Source: Octopus vulgaris
Lineage: Eukaryota
NCBI GenBank assembly: GCA_951406725.2
Contig: OX597817.1
Coordinates: 160,394,001 to 160,458,000, forward strand
Length of the DNA stretch: 64,000 nt
Reading direction: 5' to 3'
Shown here: in pieces, positions 12,573-26,031 of the stretch
How positions within the stretch are numbered: position 1 is the stretch's first letter
Layout: every line of letters starts with the position of its first letter
Position numbers and translations under genes: made by a program
The notes under the pieces: generated by a model
The model's input: the letters and a program-made list of their open reading frames with translations, nothing else
The model's database searches: none
What the model was told of the DNA's origin: nothing

Positions 12573-14440
12573 ATTTCCTCTCTTCCTCCAAAATCAACGA
12601 ATCCATCAGGGCATTTACTGCAATTTTCGAACTAAAATTATTGTTCTGAAATGGTGTTAATAAATATGTTTTCTCGTAGTAGGTGGGTGGAATTAGTTGA
12701 CCGAGATAACAGAATAGCTTGCATTTTGTAACGTTCGGATCATGTGCTGCCGTCACACTGCGCGGATTAGTTGTGTTATGGGCGAGGATGAACTGAGACT
12801 ACGGCTTCTACAGCATTTGCAGTGCCAGAACAGACGTGATCGTCCTTTGTTATGCACGTTTCCCTGTATCATGTTTCCTTGATGGGGCTACAGTCCTGGA
12901 TCAAGAGTGGTAGCCCATTATATGGAAAGCTGTTAGGCACTCAGAGTCAGATAACGTCCCCGATGGAAATTCCACATTAGCAATCCATAGAGGACCAGAA
13001 ATGGAAAGAGCGATAATGTCCACAGAGAAACTCTGGGCAATGATGAGAATGAAGTAGTTGATCTGTTCTAGACGACCATCAGCCTGCGGTCTATAAACAA
13101 CTTGTAGAAATTCCCTGGGATGACCGTGCTACTGAAGAGCATTACCAGTTCTATATAAACTGTCCGTGATGCACCTAGAGCGACAAAACTGCTCTGCACG
13201 AATTTGTTCATTTTCTGAACATTACTAAATTGTGGAGTTTTGTCGAACATTTGTTATTTTGTGGAGGACATATGCAGCTATTGGCCGCGTCTATCGTGAA
13301 GATTATCTCGTCGGATTACTTTCGCTTAGTGGCTTTAACAAAGTGATTGTACAGTAGACATAACCTAAAGAAACAGAGAAAGACAGTTCCCTCTTTTGTC
13401 AAGCCCTCATTGGCTTTTTCAAATTTTGATTAAAGAGGAAGATGAGAGTGAAACGGGAGGTGCTTCTCTCCAGCAAATTTTCTGAAAGGTGGATGGCCTC
13501 AGCATGCACAAATTGGCTGGAGAATATAAGGGAGAGAAGGTATTTTCCTTTGGCTGTCATGGTAATCTTCTTGGGTTTGTGGAATACGTAAATTAACTCT
13601 AGGTGGAGACTCTTCTCGTTTGGGACTCTGTCACACAATTGTCCCCACTTCATTTTCCGCCTGTTACTTATGCAAAGTAAGTGGCTTGCATCCAGTCATG
13701 GGTACCGCATTATGCCGTGTTTGATACACTTAAACTTTAATATAATCTAGTTAGTCTACCTGTATCAAAAGTTATGCAAAATTAACAGACAAGGGAAATC
13801 TAGGAGTGAGAAGCTGGCACCAAGGTACCCTATGGCAACGATCATCCTTCGTCCCGTTCCCCTTTCTTAAACTGAGTCCTCCCTATTTTCTGAATACACT
13901 TCTATATATCTTGCCCTGTCGAGAAAACATACCTTCTGGCATAGATAGGTCTTGGCTACTTGAAAGTGGAACCAGTGGTTCGTTAGTGACTTACAGTACT
14001 GAGTTCATCTTCTTTTGTGTGCGTGGTGGATTGGTAAAATAGCTTTGATATGTTGAACAAAATGCCTTGTGATTATATATTTACGGATCTTCATGCTTTG
14101 ATATCAAGCCACATTGATTTGCCTTTCATCCTCCAGGGCGGATTAAATAAAACACCAATTGAATGTACTAGAGTCGATGTAATTCACTAACCCACTTCCC
14201 CTAACATTGGTGACCTCGTGCCAAAATTTGAAGCAATTATTCTCGTTGGACAAAATGCTTCGTTGCCACACCATACAAAATGCTTAACGGGATTTCTTCC
14301 GGCACTTTATGTTTCGAGTTCAAGTTTCACCTAAGTCGACTATGCCTTTGATCCTTTTCAGGTCAATAAAATCAGTACCAGTGAAGTGCTGGGATCGGCA
14401 TAATCAACTAACTCCCATCCCCCAAAATATCAGGATGTTG

Positions 14441-14505
<65 letters not shown>

Positions 14506-14933
14506 GAGTGAGAGAGCAGTGCATGCCATTAAAGTGACACTGGGGTAAAATATACGAAGCCCAATATACCCATCATGACTACCCGTCTGATAAAGGTACA
14601 CCAGCCACATGCATCACAACCATATGTGCGCGACATGGTGATCTCATATCAAGATAAACAGCACATGACCTTGCAGGTGGGGCCCAGTTAGAATTTTCTT
14701 CAGGTTGAGTAGCCCATCCCGCTCAAAAGGTCCCTGAATAAGGGTTGTTTAAGGATGTTGAAAGAACAACCCATGTTTCCAGAGGTGAATTATTCAAACT
14801 CCAAAGAACCCCTCTCAACACATGGCTATGATGCTCTCCCACTACTTCTGCTCGTGATCAGAGATGCACATATCGTCAGCCACTAAGGGACATGCTCAAC
14901 TGGTTAAGGTCAAACAACTGACAAGCAAATCTG

Positions 14934-14996
<63 letters not shown>

Positions 14997-15155
14997 TATT
15001 ATTGTAGAGTGAGAGAGAGCAGTGCATGCCATCAAAGTGACACTGGGGTAAAATATACGAAGCCCAATACACCAATCATGACAACTTGTCTGATAAGGGT
15101 ACACCAGGTGCATGCATCACAACCACATGTGCGTGACATGACATGATGATCTCAT
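14506..15155 (-). mobile_element. Two copies (14506-14935, 15008-15155) of a retroposon 3' end tailed by or inserted in (TAA)n
   Basis: Both start GAGTGAGAGAGCAGTGCATGCC on the plus strand directly after (TTA)n arrays and share about 145 bp. Confidence 0.65.
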
Positions 15156-15971
15156 ATTTGTATATGTTTGTGTGACAGTGTTTGTCCTCCCGCCAACATC
15201 GCTTGACAACCGATGCTGGTGTGTTTACGTCCCCGTAACCTAGCAGTTCGGCAAAAAGAGACCGATAGAATAAGTACTAGGCTTACAAAAGAATAAGTCC
15301 TGCGGGCGGGTCGATTTGCTCGACTAAAAGGCGGTGCTCCAGCATGGCCGCAGTCAAATGACTGAAACAAGTAAAAGATATTTCTTTATTGCCCACAAGG
15401 GGCTAAACATAGAGGGAACAAACAAGGACAGACAAAGGGATAAAGTCGATTACATCTACCCCAGTGAGTAACTGGTACTTAATTTATCGACCCCGAAAGG
15501 ATGAAAGGCAAAGTCGACCTCGGCGGAATTTGAACTCACAACATAGCGGCAGACGAAATACGGCTACGCATTTCGTCCGGCGTGCTAAAGCTTCTGCCAG
15601 CTCGCCGCCTTCAACAAGTAAAAGAGTAAAAAGAGAGTAAAGAGTATAGCAGAAAGGATTATCATTATCATTATTAACATACAATTTAGGACACATGATT
15701 TCGTTTTGATTTAGCTGTTATGATAGTTAATACGGATGCTAATTTAATCCAGTATTAGCACCGGCAAAATCCTGATTCATTTGTTTGTTTGTTTGTTTGA
15801 AGAGAGGAAAGTATAAATTAGTTTAGTGTTTGTGCGAAAATACTTTCCATCAATATATTTAATTAGCAATTAATATATGTCATTAAAGTTTCCTTGGCAG
15901 CATTCCGACCAGATGTCTTACTCTTTAACTCTGTAAGCATTCTTGTAACTCTATTACCAAATCAGTTGATC

Positions 15972-16077
15972 GGAAGAAGAAGAAGAAGGAGAAGAAGAAG
16001 AAGAAGAAGAAGAAGAAGAAGAAGAAGAAGAAGAAGAAGAAGAAGAAGAAGAAGAAGAAGAAGAAGAAGAAGAAGAA
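15972..16077. repeat. (GAA)n microsatellite
   Basis: Direct reading. Confidence 0.97.
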
Positions 16078-16319
16078 TGAAAATAAAAGTGAAAACAAAT
16101 AATAATCTTGACACCAATAGGAGTGCTTTTGGCACTAAAATTAACTTCATGACCGTGGTCATTAAAAGGTCAAGACCACTATTCCAATTTGGACGCTTTC
16201 CATATTTGGAACTAACAAGGGTGGATACAGGACAAATAATATGAGGTCTCTTTTGATCAGACAACCAGGATCTATATTTTTAGAGGTTGGATAAGTATGT
16301 GTGTCTGTCAGTGAGTGTT

Positions 16320-17144
16320 TATGTATGTGTGTGTGTGTATGTATGTATGTATGTATGTATGTATGTATGTACATACGTAAGTACGTACGTATGTATGTAT
16401 GTATGTATGTATGCATGTATGAATGTGTGTATTATGTATGTATGTATGTATGTATGTATGTATGTATGTATGTATGTATGAATGAATGTGTGTATTATGT
16501 ATGTATATATATGTAAGTATGTACGTATGTACGAATGTATGTATGCATGCATGTATGATTGTGTGTATTATGTATATATGTGCATGTATGTATGTATGAT
16601 TGCGTATATTATGTATGTATATATGTGCATGTATGTATGCATGTATGTATGTATGTATGTATGTATGTATGTATGTATGTATGTATGTATGTACGAATGT
16701 ATGTACGAATGTATGTATGCATGTATGAATGTATGTATGTATGTATATATGTATGCATATATGTATGTATGCATGTATGTGTGTGTGTATGTATGTATGT
16801 ATGTTGTTATTCAGTTTTATTTCAAAATTTCTTGCCAATAAAAATCCGGTTTCTAATCTAGATCCGAGGCGCTTTCATGGGAATTTCAACGACATAGACA
16901 GTGTATTTTTGCATGTATGTATGTGTATATATGCAATATTTGGAGTCAGTCCACGTGGAGATTAGTACGTTATGTTTTATGTATGTATGCATGTAGTTGC
17001 ATGACTAGACATGTGCACTTAAATGGTAACTTCTAGAAAGTTCCAGTAATGGCTTGGATTTATAGTTTTCGAGTCATCCTTCTCCTTTCTGGTTTTGAGA
17101 AGCCTAATTTCTCAAGACTGGCACTTAGGCGGTGTGTACGTACG

Positions 17145-17178
<34 letters not shown>

Positions 17179-17380
17179 TGTATGTATGTATGTATGTATG
17201 TATGCATGTATGTATTAATGTATGTATGTATGTATGTATGTATGTATTAATGTATGTATGTACGTACGTATGTATGTATGTATGTATGTATGTATGTATG
17301 TATGTATGTACGTACGTACGTATGTATGTATGTATGTATGTATGTATGTATGTATGTATGTATGTACGTACGTATGTATG
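16320..17380. repeat. (TATG)n-dominated microsatellite blocks (16320-16803, 17137-17380)
   Basis: Direct reading; source of the MYVC/HTYI pseudo-ORFs. Confidence 0.95.
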
Positions 17381-17613
17381 TAAGCAAATGCGTGTGTGTC
17401 TTTGTGTCTGTATTTGTCTCTCGCTGCTTTACAAGCGGTGTTGGTTTATTTACTTCCTCGTAACTTAACTGTTCGGCATTAAGAATCGGATAGAGTAAGA
17501 CACAAATTAAAAAGAAATACTAGGCTCAAAACATTGCAACAAATAATAGACTATACCACAGTACACTGGCTGTAACTAGTAAAACAGCATATGTGATCCG
17601 TATTCGAATACAC

Positions 17614-18342
17614 CAGTGTTTCTCAACCGGGGTCCATATGGCCCCTGAGGATCTATATAAAATTTTGCGAGGGTCCACACAACAATATAGTTAATTGGGG
17701 ATCCACAATAGCATTTAAGGACCCGAGAAAAAATTTTGCTTTAGATGTATGTATTAGTTTTTTTTGTTTTTTTTTTTAAGCACTCCGTCGGTTACGACGA
17801 TGAGGGTTCCGGTTGATCCGAATCAACGGAACAGCCTGCTCGTGAAATTAACGTGTAAGTGGCTGAGCACTCCACAGACACGTGTACCCTTAACGTAGTT
17901 CTCGGGGATATTCAGCGTGACACAGAGAGTGACAAGGCCGGCCCTTTGAAATACAGGTACAACAGAAACAGGAAGTAAGAGTGAGAGAAATTTGTGGTGA
18001 AAGAGTACAGCAGGGATCACCACCATCCCCTGCCGGAGCCTCGGGGAGCTTTTAGGTGTTTTCGCTCAATAAACACTCACAACGCCCGGTCTGGGAATCG
18101 AAACCGCCATCCTATGACCGCGAGTCCGCTGCCCTAACCACTGGGCCATTGCGCCTCCACATGTATTAGTATGTATAGCAAGAAATAACTGGGTTTTTTT
18201 CTCTAACATTTTACGTAATTCAACTTCCATAAGTGAATGTGTGTAAAACAAAATATGAATCTTGAAAGAAGTTTCGGGAATCCAGCAGAATAAAATAGTA
18301 ATCAAAGGGTTCCATAGATAAAAAAATGGCCGAGAACCACTG
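17614..18342. mobile_element. hAT-like MITE with a nested SINE (17770-18158, minus strand)
   Basis: TIRs CAGTGTTTCTC / GAGAACCACTG and a degenerate 8-bp TSD (GAATACAC / GTATATAC). Related copies at 43125-43480, 61630-62091 and about 1690-1799. Confidence 0.75.
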
Positions 18343-18528
18343 GTATATACCTTTTGCCACTAACCCATTATAGTCTTCTTGTTGTCATCGTCTCTGTTCC
18401 CTTTGCTACTTAAGTTTTGGTGAACCCCGATCAGTGTGTGAACCTGTATAAATTTCTGTTGCGTAATTGCATAATACTGTTTCGTCCTACCCCTGCAGGA
18501 TATATATATCAGACAAGGCATAAATAAT

Positions 18529-18733
18529 CATTTCTATTACATGCACAAGGCCTGAAGTTTTGTGGGGTGAGGGGATTAATCGATTACATCGACTCCAGAA
18601 TCTCCCTAGTACTTAATTTATTGAAAGTCGACCTTTGGCAGAATTTGAACTCGGGTTCAAATATAAGCGACGGGTGAAAATAGAGCTAAGCATTTCGTCC
18701 AGCGTGTTAACGACACTGCCAGCTCACCGCCTT
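18529..18733 (-). mobile_element. Diverged family A SINE with 18-bp TSD
   Basis: AGACAAGGCATAAATAAT at 18511-18528 and 18734-18751. Confidence 0.85.
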
Positions 18734-18908
18734 AGACAAGGCATAAATAATGTCATTGCATTTTTTTTTATTGTAATAAATTTAACTTAAAGCTGTTTCA
18801 TTATAGGATCATTATTGATTGATTCACTCAATCGGCCCATTGATCAGTTGACATAAATTGAACAAGCTAGAGAACTAATGCTACTCTTGTCAGAGTAATT
18901 TTATTCTG

Positions 18909-18954
<46 letters not shown>

Positions 18955-19038
18955 TTTACGAAAAAATCAAAAGACGAAGACAGGTGGTGTACAAAACAAA
19001 CAGATGTATTAGTATAACGCTCAAGAATAGAAAAAGTA

Positions 19039-19072
19039 TTTTACGTTTCGAGCCTACGCTCTTCTACAGAAA
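19039..19072 (-). ncRNA. Minimal type I hammerhead-like motif (A6U deviation) within an about 200-bp insert in (TA)n (18950-19147)
   Basis: UUU-CUGUAGA-A-GAGC-GUAG-GCUC-GAAA-CG-U-A-AAA. Confidence 0.55.
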
Positions 19073-19144
19073 GGGACACAGAAAAAGCAAGGAGAGAAAC
19101 AAAGAGAGAAAAAATGTGTGTAGTGGCTAACGATCTATCATGGC

Positions 19145-19215
<71 letters not shown>

Positions 19216-19388
19216 TATATTTGGTAAATTTTTTGGACCACTCAGTTTCGATGTATAAATATAAAAAATAGCATGCAATTCTGGGCAGAATGTAGTTTCA
19301 ATCGACGGAAATCCAAATTACGGATCCGGAAGGTTTCCACTGCATCACTTTCCTCAACGAACGTTTAAGCAAACATATAAGGTATTAT

Positions 19389-20110
19389 ATTTGGTTGTCA
19401 CACATGAAATGTCGTATTTGAAAGGTAACAATAAAATGTTTCAAAAATGTTAGAGAACTGATTTATTTAATCAAAGTATGATCCATGTTCATTTATGACC
19501 TTTACCCAACGTTTCTCTAAGTCATATATTCCATCTTTTAAAAAAAATTAATCTTTTGCGGTGATAAGCTGTCCGTATGCTTCAGTTACTTCTTCTCTAT
19601 TTAAGAATGTTTTATTGCGTATGAAAAGCTCAAAATGCTTAAATAAGTGATAATCCGTAGGAGAGATATCAGGGGAATAGTTAGGAAGTTGCAAAATTTC
19701 ATGATTCAGGCTTTGCAACTTTTGGACCGTAGCTTGAGAAGTGTGAGGACGTGCATTGTCGTGGAGCAAAATTGGGCCATTTCTATTCACTAGTTTGGGT
19801 TGCTTCTTTTTCAAATTCTCATACTGTTGTCAAAGAGTATCCATTTCTCATCACATGTAATGATTCGATGCAAAAATGGTTCTTTTTCCAGTTGAGAAAG
19901 CAATACGGAGCACACTTCGAGGAACCTACTTTTTTTTTTTTAATCTCGTTCGGTTGAAGTGGAATAAACCTATCCATTTTCTTGACTTTTCCAATTTTTT
20001 TCAGGTGCAGCGAAATAGTTGTGCGAGATGTCTGGAGTCCTGATGACAGTTTTTGGACCGTTGTTCTCGGATTTTGTTCAACCAAAATATTTAATCCACC
20101 ATACTGAGTA
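19389..20110 (-). pseudogene. Decayed mariner (DD34D) transposase with 3' TIR
   Basis: ORF 19548-19814 has ILLHDNARPH..YSPDISPTDYHLF. Frameshifted upstream pieces read FLHRIITCDEKWI and LVEQNPRTTVQKL..HLKKIGKVKK. TIR-like TA-TTTGGTTGTCACACATGAAATGTCG near 19389. Confidence 0.92.
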
Positions 20111-20569
20111 ACTGATTTTAGCCTCCCCATTTTCATCTCCTGATCCTGATCTTTAGAAACATCTCTGAACAATTTTGATGTCAATAAAGCCATTACCAAA
20201 GGCCTGCTTGATATTTCATAAAGCTTCTGAATAAATAAATTGGAAGTAGTGGGACAGAGAGAAGAAAAAAAATAACGGTGACTAAGGAAGGGGTAAATAA
20301 CAGTATTTTTCTGCATTTTGTTATATAATTTTTTTTCAAAAATATAAACAGTGTAATTTTTTTTTCGCTGTGATGAAGACACGGATAGGAAGTTCAAAGT
20401 TTCCAGAAGTTTCCAATAGTATGGAAAGTGAAATGCCACGAAGAATGTACTTCTAGATATACTCTCCAAGAAAATTCAGGATGGTTATGATCGTGATGCC
20501 TCGATCAGGGCCGATTTGGGGGATAACTAACAACAAAAAGTGCTTCTGTACCATATAGTCAACACAGCA

Positions 20570-20965
20570 AAGGCATACATATGTATTTAGTCGAACTAGT
20601 GTCCTCATCTTGGTTGTTGTTTTCACAACACTTCTTTTGTGTACGCTCCAGTATTCAAGTGTGTTGTGATTCACCTTTGTGCCTTGTCTGGGATTGAATT
20701 CAAGATCTCTAGATAACTGCACTGCATTAACCAGCGCCTTTATACTACAATCATAGTGTAGTGGTTAAAGGCGCTATTTAATGTAGTACAGTTACCTAGA
20801 GGTTCTGAGTTCAATTCCAGGCAAGATACTAAGTTGAATCATAACACTCCTGAAGAATGCTGAAATGTACACAACAGAAACGTTGTGAAGGCAAGAATGA
20901 AGGGGAGGACGTCATTCCAACTAATACATAATATAATTCCTCATCTCAGAAATATGGAATTGTTA
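20570..20965. mobile_element. Head-to-head pair of a tRNA-headed element carrying a hammerhead motif
   Basis: Diverged arms 20570-20749 (minus) and 20752-20965 (plus). The plus arm has TAGTGTAGTGGTTAA (A box), GAGTTCAATTCC (B box), then CUGAAGA..GAAACGUUGUG at 20850-20887. Confidence 0.65.
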
Positions 20966-21035
20966 AAGCATACTTCTTTTTCTCTCTATTTCTTCATATT
21001 CCCTTCTAGTATATTCTCTACCATCATACACTCTA

Positions 21036-21297
21036 TAATAAATAAATAAATGCACCCTTTTAAAGCCTAGCCAGGCTCATGGGCCCGGTTTCCCGGTTTC
21101 AATGGCGTATGTGTTCCCCAGCTGGACGAGACGCCAGTCCATCGCAGCGTTACTCATTTTTGCCAGCTGAGTGAACTGGAGCAACGTGAAATGAAGTGTT
21201 TTGCTGAAGAACACAACGCGTCGCCCGGTCCAGGAATCGAAACCACAATCTTATGATCATGATGCTGACACCCTAACCACTAAGCCACGCGCCTCCA
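21036..21297 (-). mobile_element. tRNA-derived SINE, head type D, full length with 14-bp TSD
   Basis: TSD CATCATACACTCTA at 21022-21035 and 21298-21311; (TTTA)n tail. Related copies at 34450-34653 and 35550-35750. Confidence 0.92.
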
Positions 21298-23589
21298 CAT
21301 CATACACTCTAGCTTGCCATAAAAAAAAAACGTACCTCTCTACTCCTTGCAGATTTTTCTGACATCTCCCCTTTACAAAAATAAACACGCGAAGAAAGTG
21401 ACGCTTATCAGCATCACACATCACCACCTTTTAAAATACTCAACCTGCCATCATTTTTAATCATCCTCTTACAAACGTATCTTTCGAGATCCCTCCATTT
21501 CCTCAATACACAAGAGCCAATCTCTACATGCTACACACTCACGGTTGCACCTCCTCTCCGACCACCACCACATTCTTCTCCACTTGCTTTAGTTGCCCTC
21601 TTAACGATGCACTCTAAGATATTTGGTACTTTAATCCTCTCTAATACGTTATGAAATCCAATGGTACATAACATCGCAACAGTTAATGCTTTGATTATTT
21701 TTGGGTGCATAAGCAATAAACAACATAATCCTACTTAATCATCAGCCACCCACCACGAGAGATTAGATTTCTAGCAGTATTTCTATTATTTGTATGTTTA
21801 TGCTTTGTCATATTATTTTCTTATTCATAGGACTGTTGCTTAGGACTTTGCTGTAGTGCAGCAAATCCTATTTGTTGCTTCATGACCTAGCTTATATAAT
21901 TTGTTGCATTAAAACTACTTGTTGCAACGTGTAATAAAAGCAACTGTGTGAAAGCCTGTGCAAGATAACGCCTGACTGTGCTACAGAGAAACCAGTCCAT
22001 AAAGCTGTACACTGATGAATGTCATACGAACACCCGAGAACGTTTGAGCCTCACCAAACACTTGGTTTTATTTAGTGTACACAGAACAGCATAGCGGAGC
22101 CTCCACTTCGTGTCTGCGATCGAATTTGAACTCGGGACTGTAAACTGACTTAAATAAAACCTTAATTACACAATAGTTATCCAGTGCTCCCATAAGGAGT
22201 ACTGGATAGCTATCAACAGCAATATAATTAAAAAAGCGTAAGTTAACTATTTTTGGCCATCATTATATTTCGGATTTTATTAAATCAATTCGACGTAAGA
22301 GGGCGAGCTGGCAGAATCATTAGCCGTTTGGAGAAAATGCTTAGCTGGATTTTGTCGACTTTTTTTTCCTTCTGAGCTAAAATCTCATCAAGATCAATGT
22401 TACCTTTCACTCTTTCGGAGAGGATAAAATAACGTAGCAGTTGGGCACTGGTGCCAATGTAATCGATTTCCTTCTCTCCTTAACATTGTGACAAGATTAA
22501 AAAGAATTGTATCATTTCGACTATCTACAGTTTTCTGTAGCTCGACTAATTAGTTGCATTATGAGAGACAAGCTCCCGGTCGTTTATGTCCATGATACAC
22601 TATCGAATTATTTTGTAGACTCCGAAAGGACGAAAAGCAAAGTCGACCTCAGCGGTATTTGAACTGAGAACGTAAAGGGAGATCTAATGCTGCTAGCCAT
22701 TTTGTACGACGCACTAACGGTTCAGTCAGCTTGCCGCCTTGAGAGCGATATTAATAATGCAATTTAATACACATGTAAAGATGCACATGTAAAATACATG
22801 TGAAATTACAAAGATTAATTTGAAAAAATTTCAAATTTTTGCTTCTCATCCAAGGGTTTCGGATAGCATATTCTCTTCGTCAGCGTAAAAGAATGACGTG
22901 GAATTGCACAGCAGGATTGTTTCCACATATGGTTTACGTCGTTCCATGTTACTGAGAAGCTGGGGATGGATGGGTGTGAATGTGAAGAAACATTTTTGCG
23001 TGGAAAGTTTCTTATGGCGAACATACGGAAGATAAACATAGAAGCCACATACGAAGCTGCTGGACTCGTATCATATGTGAACGCACATGCGCGTACACAC
23101 GCACACACAGACAGACATATACACAAGAAGATGGGAAAACGGTGCCTGGAAGAACGGCGACAACAGCATCGAACCAAGGAGCGGCTTCATCCGGGACTGC
23201 TGTCCCCTATTTTGACCTAGCCAGTTATTATCCTTTAGCTTTATCATTTACTTGTTCAAGTCATTAGACTGTGGTCATGCTGGGGCACCGAACGAATCGA
23301 CCTCAGGACTTATTATTTTTGGAAAGCCTGGTACTTGTATCGGCTTGCTTTGCCGAACCGTTCGATTACGGGGACGTAAACACACCAACACCGGTTGTCA
23401 AGAGGTGTTGGGAATAAACACATACCCAAAGACACACACACACACAGCTATGTATCTTACTTAATGCAATGTATAGACACAATCGATAGGGCCACTTATG
23501 AAAAAATTCCCCCAAAAAGCCGAAATGCACCTGACGCTCCCACTGCTTACTACTGGGATGAATTTTCCTGTCTGTCAATCTGTCAACCA

Positions 23590-23679
<90 letters not shown>

Positions 23680-23757
23680 TAGCCTCGGGCCTATCAAAGC
23701 CTTGTGAGTGGATTTGGTAGACAGAAATTGAAAGAAGCCCGTCGTATATATGTATAT

Positions 23758-23822
<65 letters not shown>

Positions 23823-24052
23823 TTGTGTATCTGTGTTTGTCCCCCCAACATCGCTTGACAACCGATGCTGGTGTGTTTACGTCCCCGTAACTTAGCGGTT
23901 CGGCAAAAGAGACTGATAGAATAAGTACTAGGCTTACAAAGAATAAGTCCTGGGGTCAATATGCTCGACTAAAGGCGGTGCTCCAGCATGGCCACAGTCA
24001 AATGACTGAAACAAGTAAAGGGTAAAGAGTATATATATAAACATACGTACGT

Positions 24053-24089
<37 letters not shown>

Positions 24090-24154
24090 CACACGCACAC
24101 ACACATACTACATGCACATACATGCGTGTTTGTATGTGTATATGTATATTTTAT

Positions 24155-24185
<31 letters not shown>

Positions 24186-24359
24186 AGCCTTGCCTTCGCA
24201 AAACAAGGATTTGATAAGTTGAGTGTCCGTGCCTTTCAGAATTTCGTTTATGGGCGCAGGCGTGGCTGAATGGTAAGAAGTTTGCTTCCCAATCATATGG
24301 TTCCAGGTTCAATTCCACTGCGTGGCACTCTTCTACTATAGCCACGCAGTTTTCTATTG

Positions 24360-25192
<833 letters not shown>

Positions 25193-25440
25193 ATTGCCAT
25201 TTAAAACAGTTTATTTCGGTCCCATGCAACTTTGAGTGTTGTCAGCTTCTTGTAGAAATCTAGCTCGTCGAGCTCATATAGCACATTCGGGTACCTCAGC
25301 TTGGCGAGCTTGGTTTCTGTAAGAAGCCGACGCAACTTGCATGGGGCCGAATCAAGCTATTTTAAATAATATCAGTAACTCCTTCGTTTGTCCATTCACC
25401 AGTAATACGTATGTATGTATGCACGTACGTAATACATATA

Positions 25441-25503
<63 letters not shown>

Positions 25504-25680
25504 GATTAATCAGCCGAAATTGCTACGATGATCCGGTTCTTGACTGAAGATTTAAATATTTTAATTAATTGTATCTTATAAAACAAGAATATATTTGTCA
25601 AGATATTTCGTATTTTACAAGATTATTTACGAATATATATTCATTTATCTAATTAACTATTTTATTACTGTTGTTATCTT

Positions 25681-25784
25681 TAACCTGAAGAGTGGCTATA
25701 TTTATATTGAAGTGATTTTACTACTACTACTATTATTTTTACTATTATCATTTCTTAAATATAGCCACGAAACACGTGCCGTTA
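25681..25784 (+). ncRNA. Type I hammerhead with long stem II and disrupted cleavage site (mirror copy at 26690-26793 on the minus strand)
   Basis: UAAC-CUGAAGA-GUGGCUAUAUUUA..UAAAUAUAGCCAC-GAAA-CACG-U-GCC-GUUA. Confidence 0.75.
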
Positions 25785-25942
25785 TTCTTCCAAATATATA
25801 CGTTTTATTTATCATTTTGCACATTACTTAATCATCGTTATATGTTTTATCTTATATTTAATCTTTCTATAATATGTAATCTTTCTAAATGGTATAATTT
25901 AATTTTTCATTATTGAATTGATAAAAGGTGTTTTTTTCTAAT

Positions 25943-25999
<57 letters not shown>

Positions 26000-26031
26000 T
26001 ATATATATTATAATATTATATATATATATAT

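Noticed and set aside
12700-14040. Possible old LINE or exon sequence
   Set aside because: The translations give no motif I can identify with confidence.
22005-22035. CTGATGA..GAAC motif
   Set aside because: No convincing stem II, GAAA or NUH arrangement.
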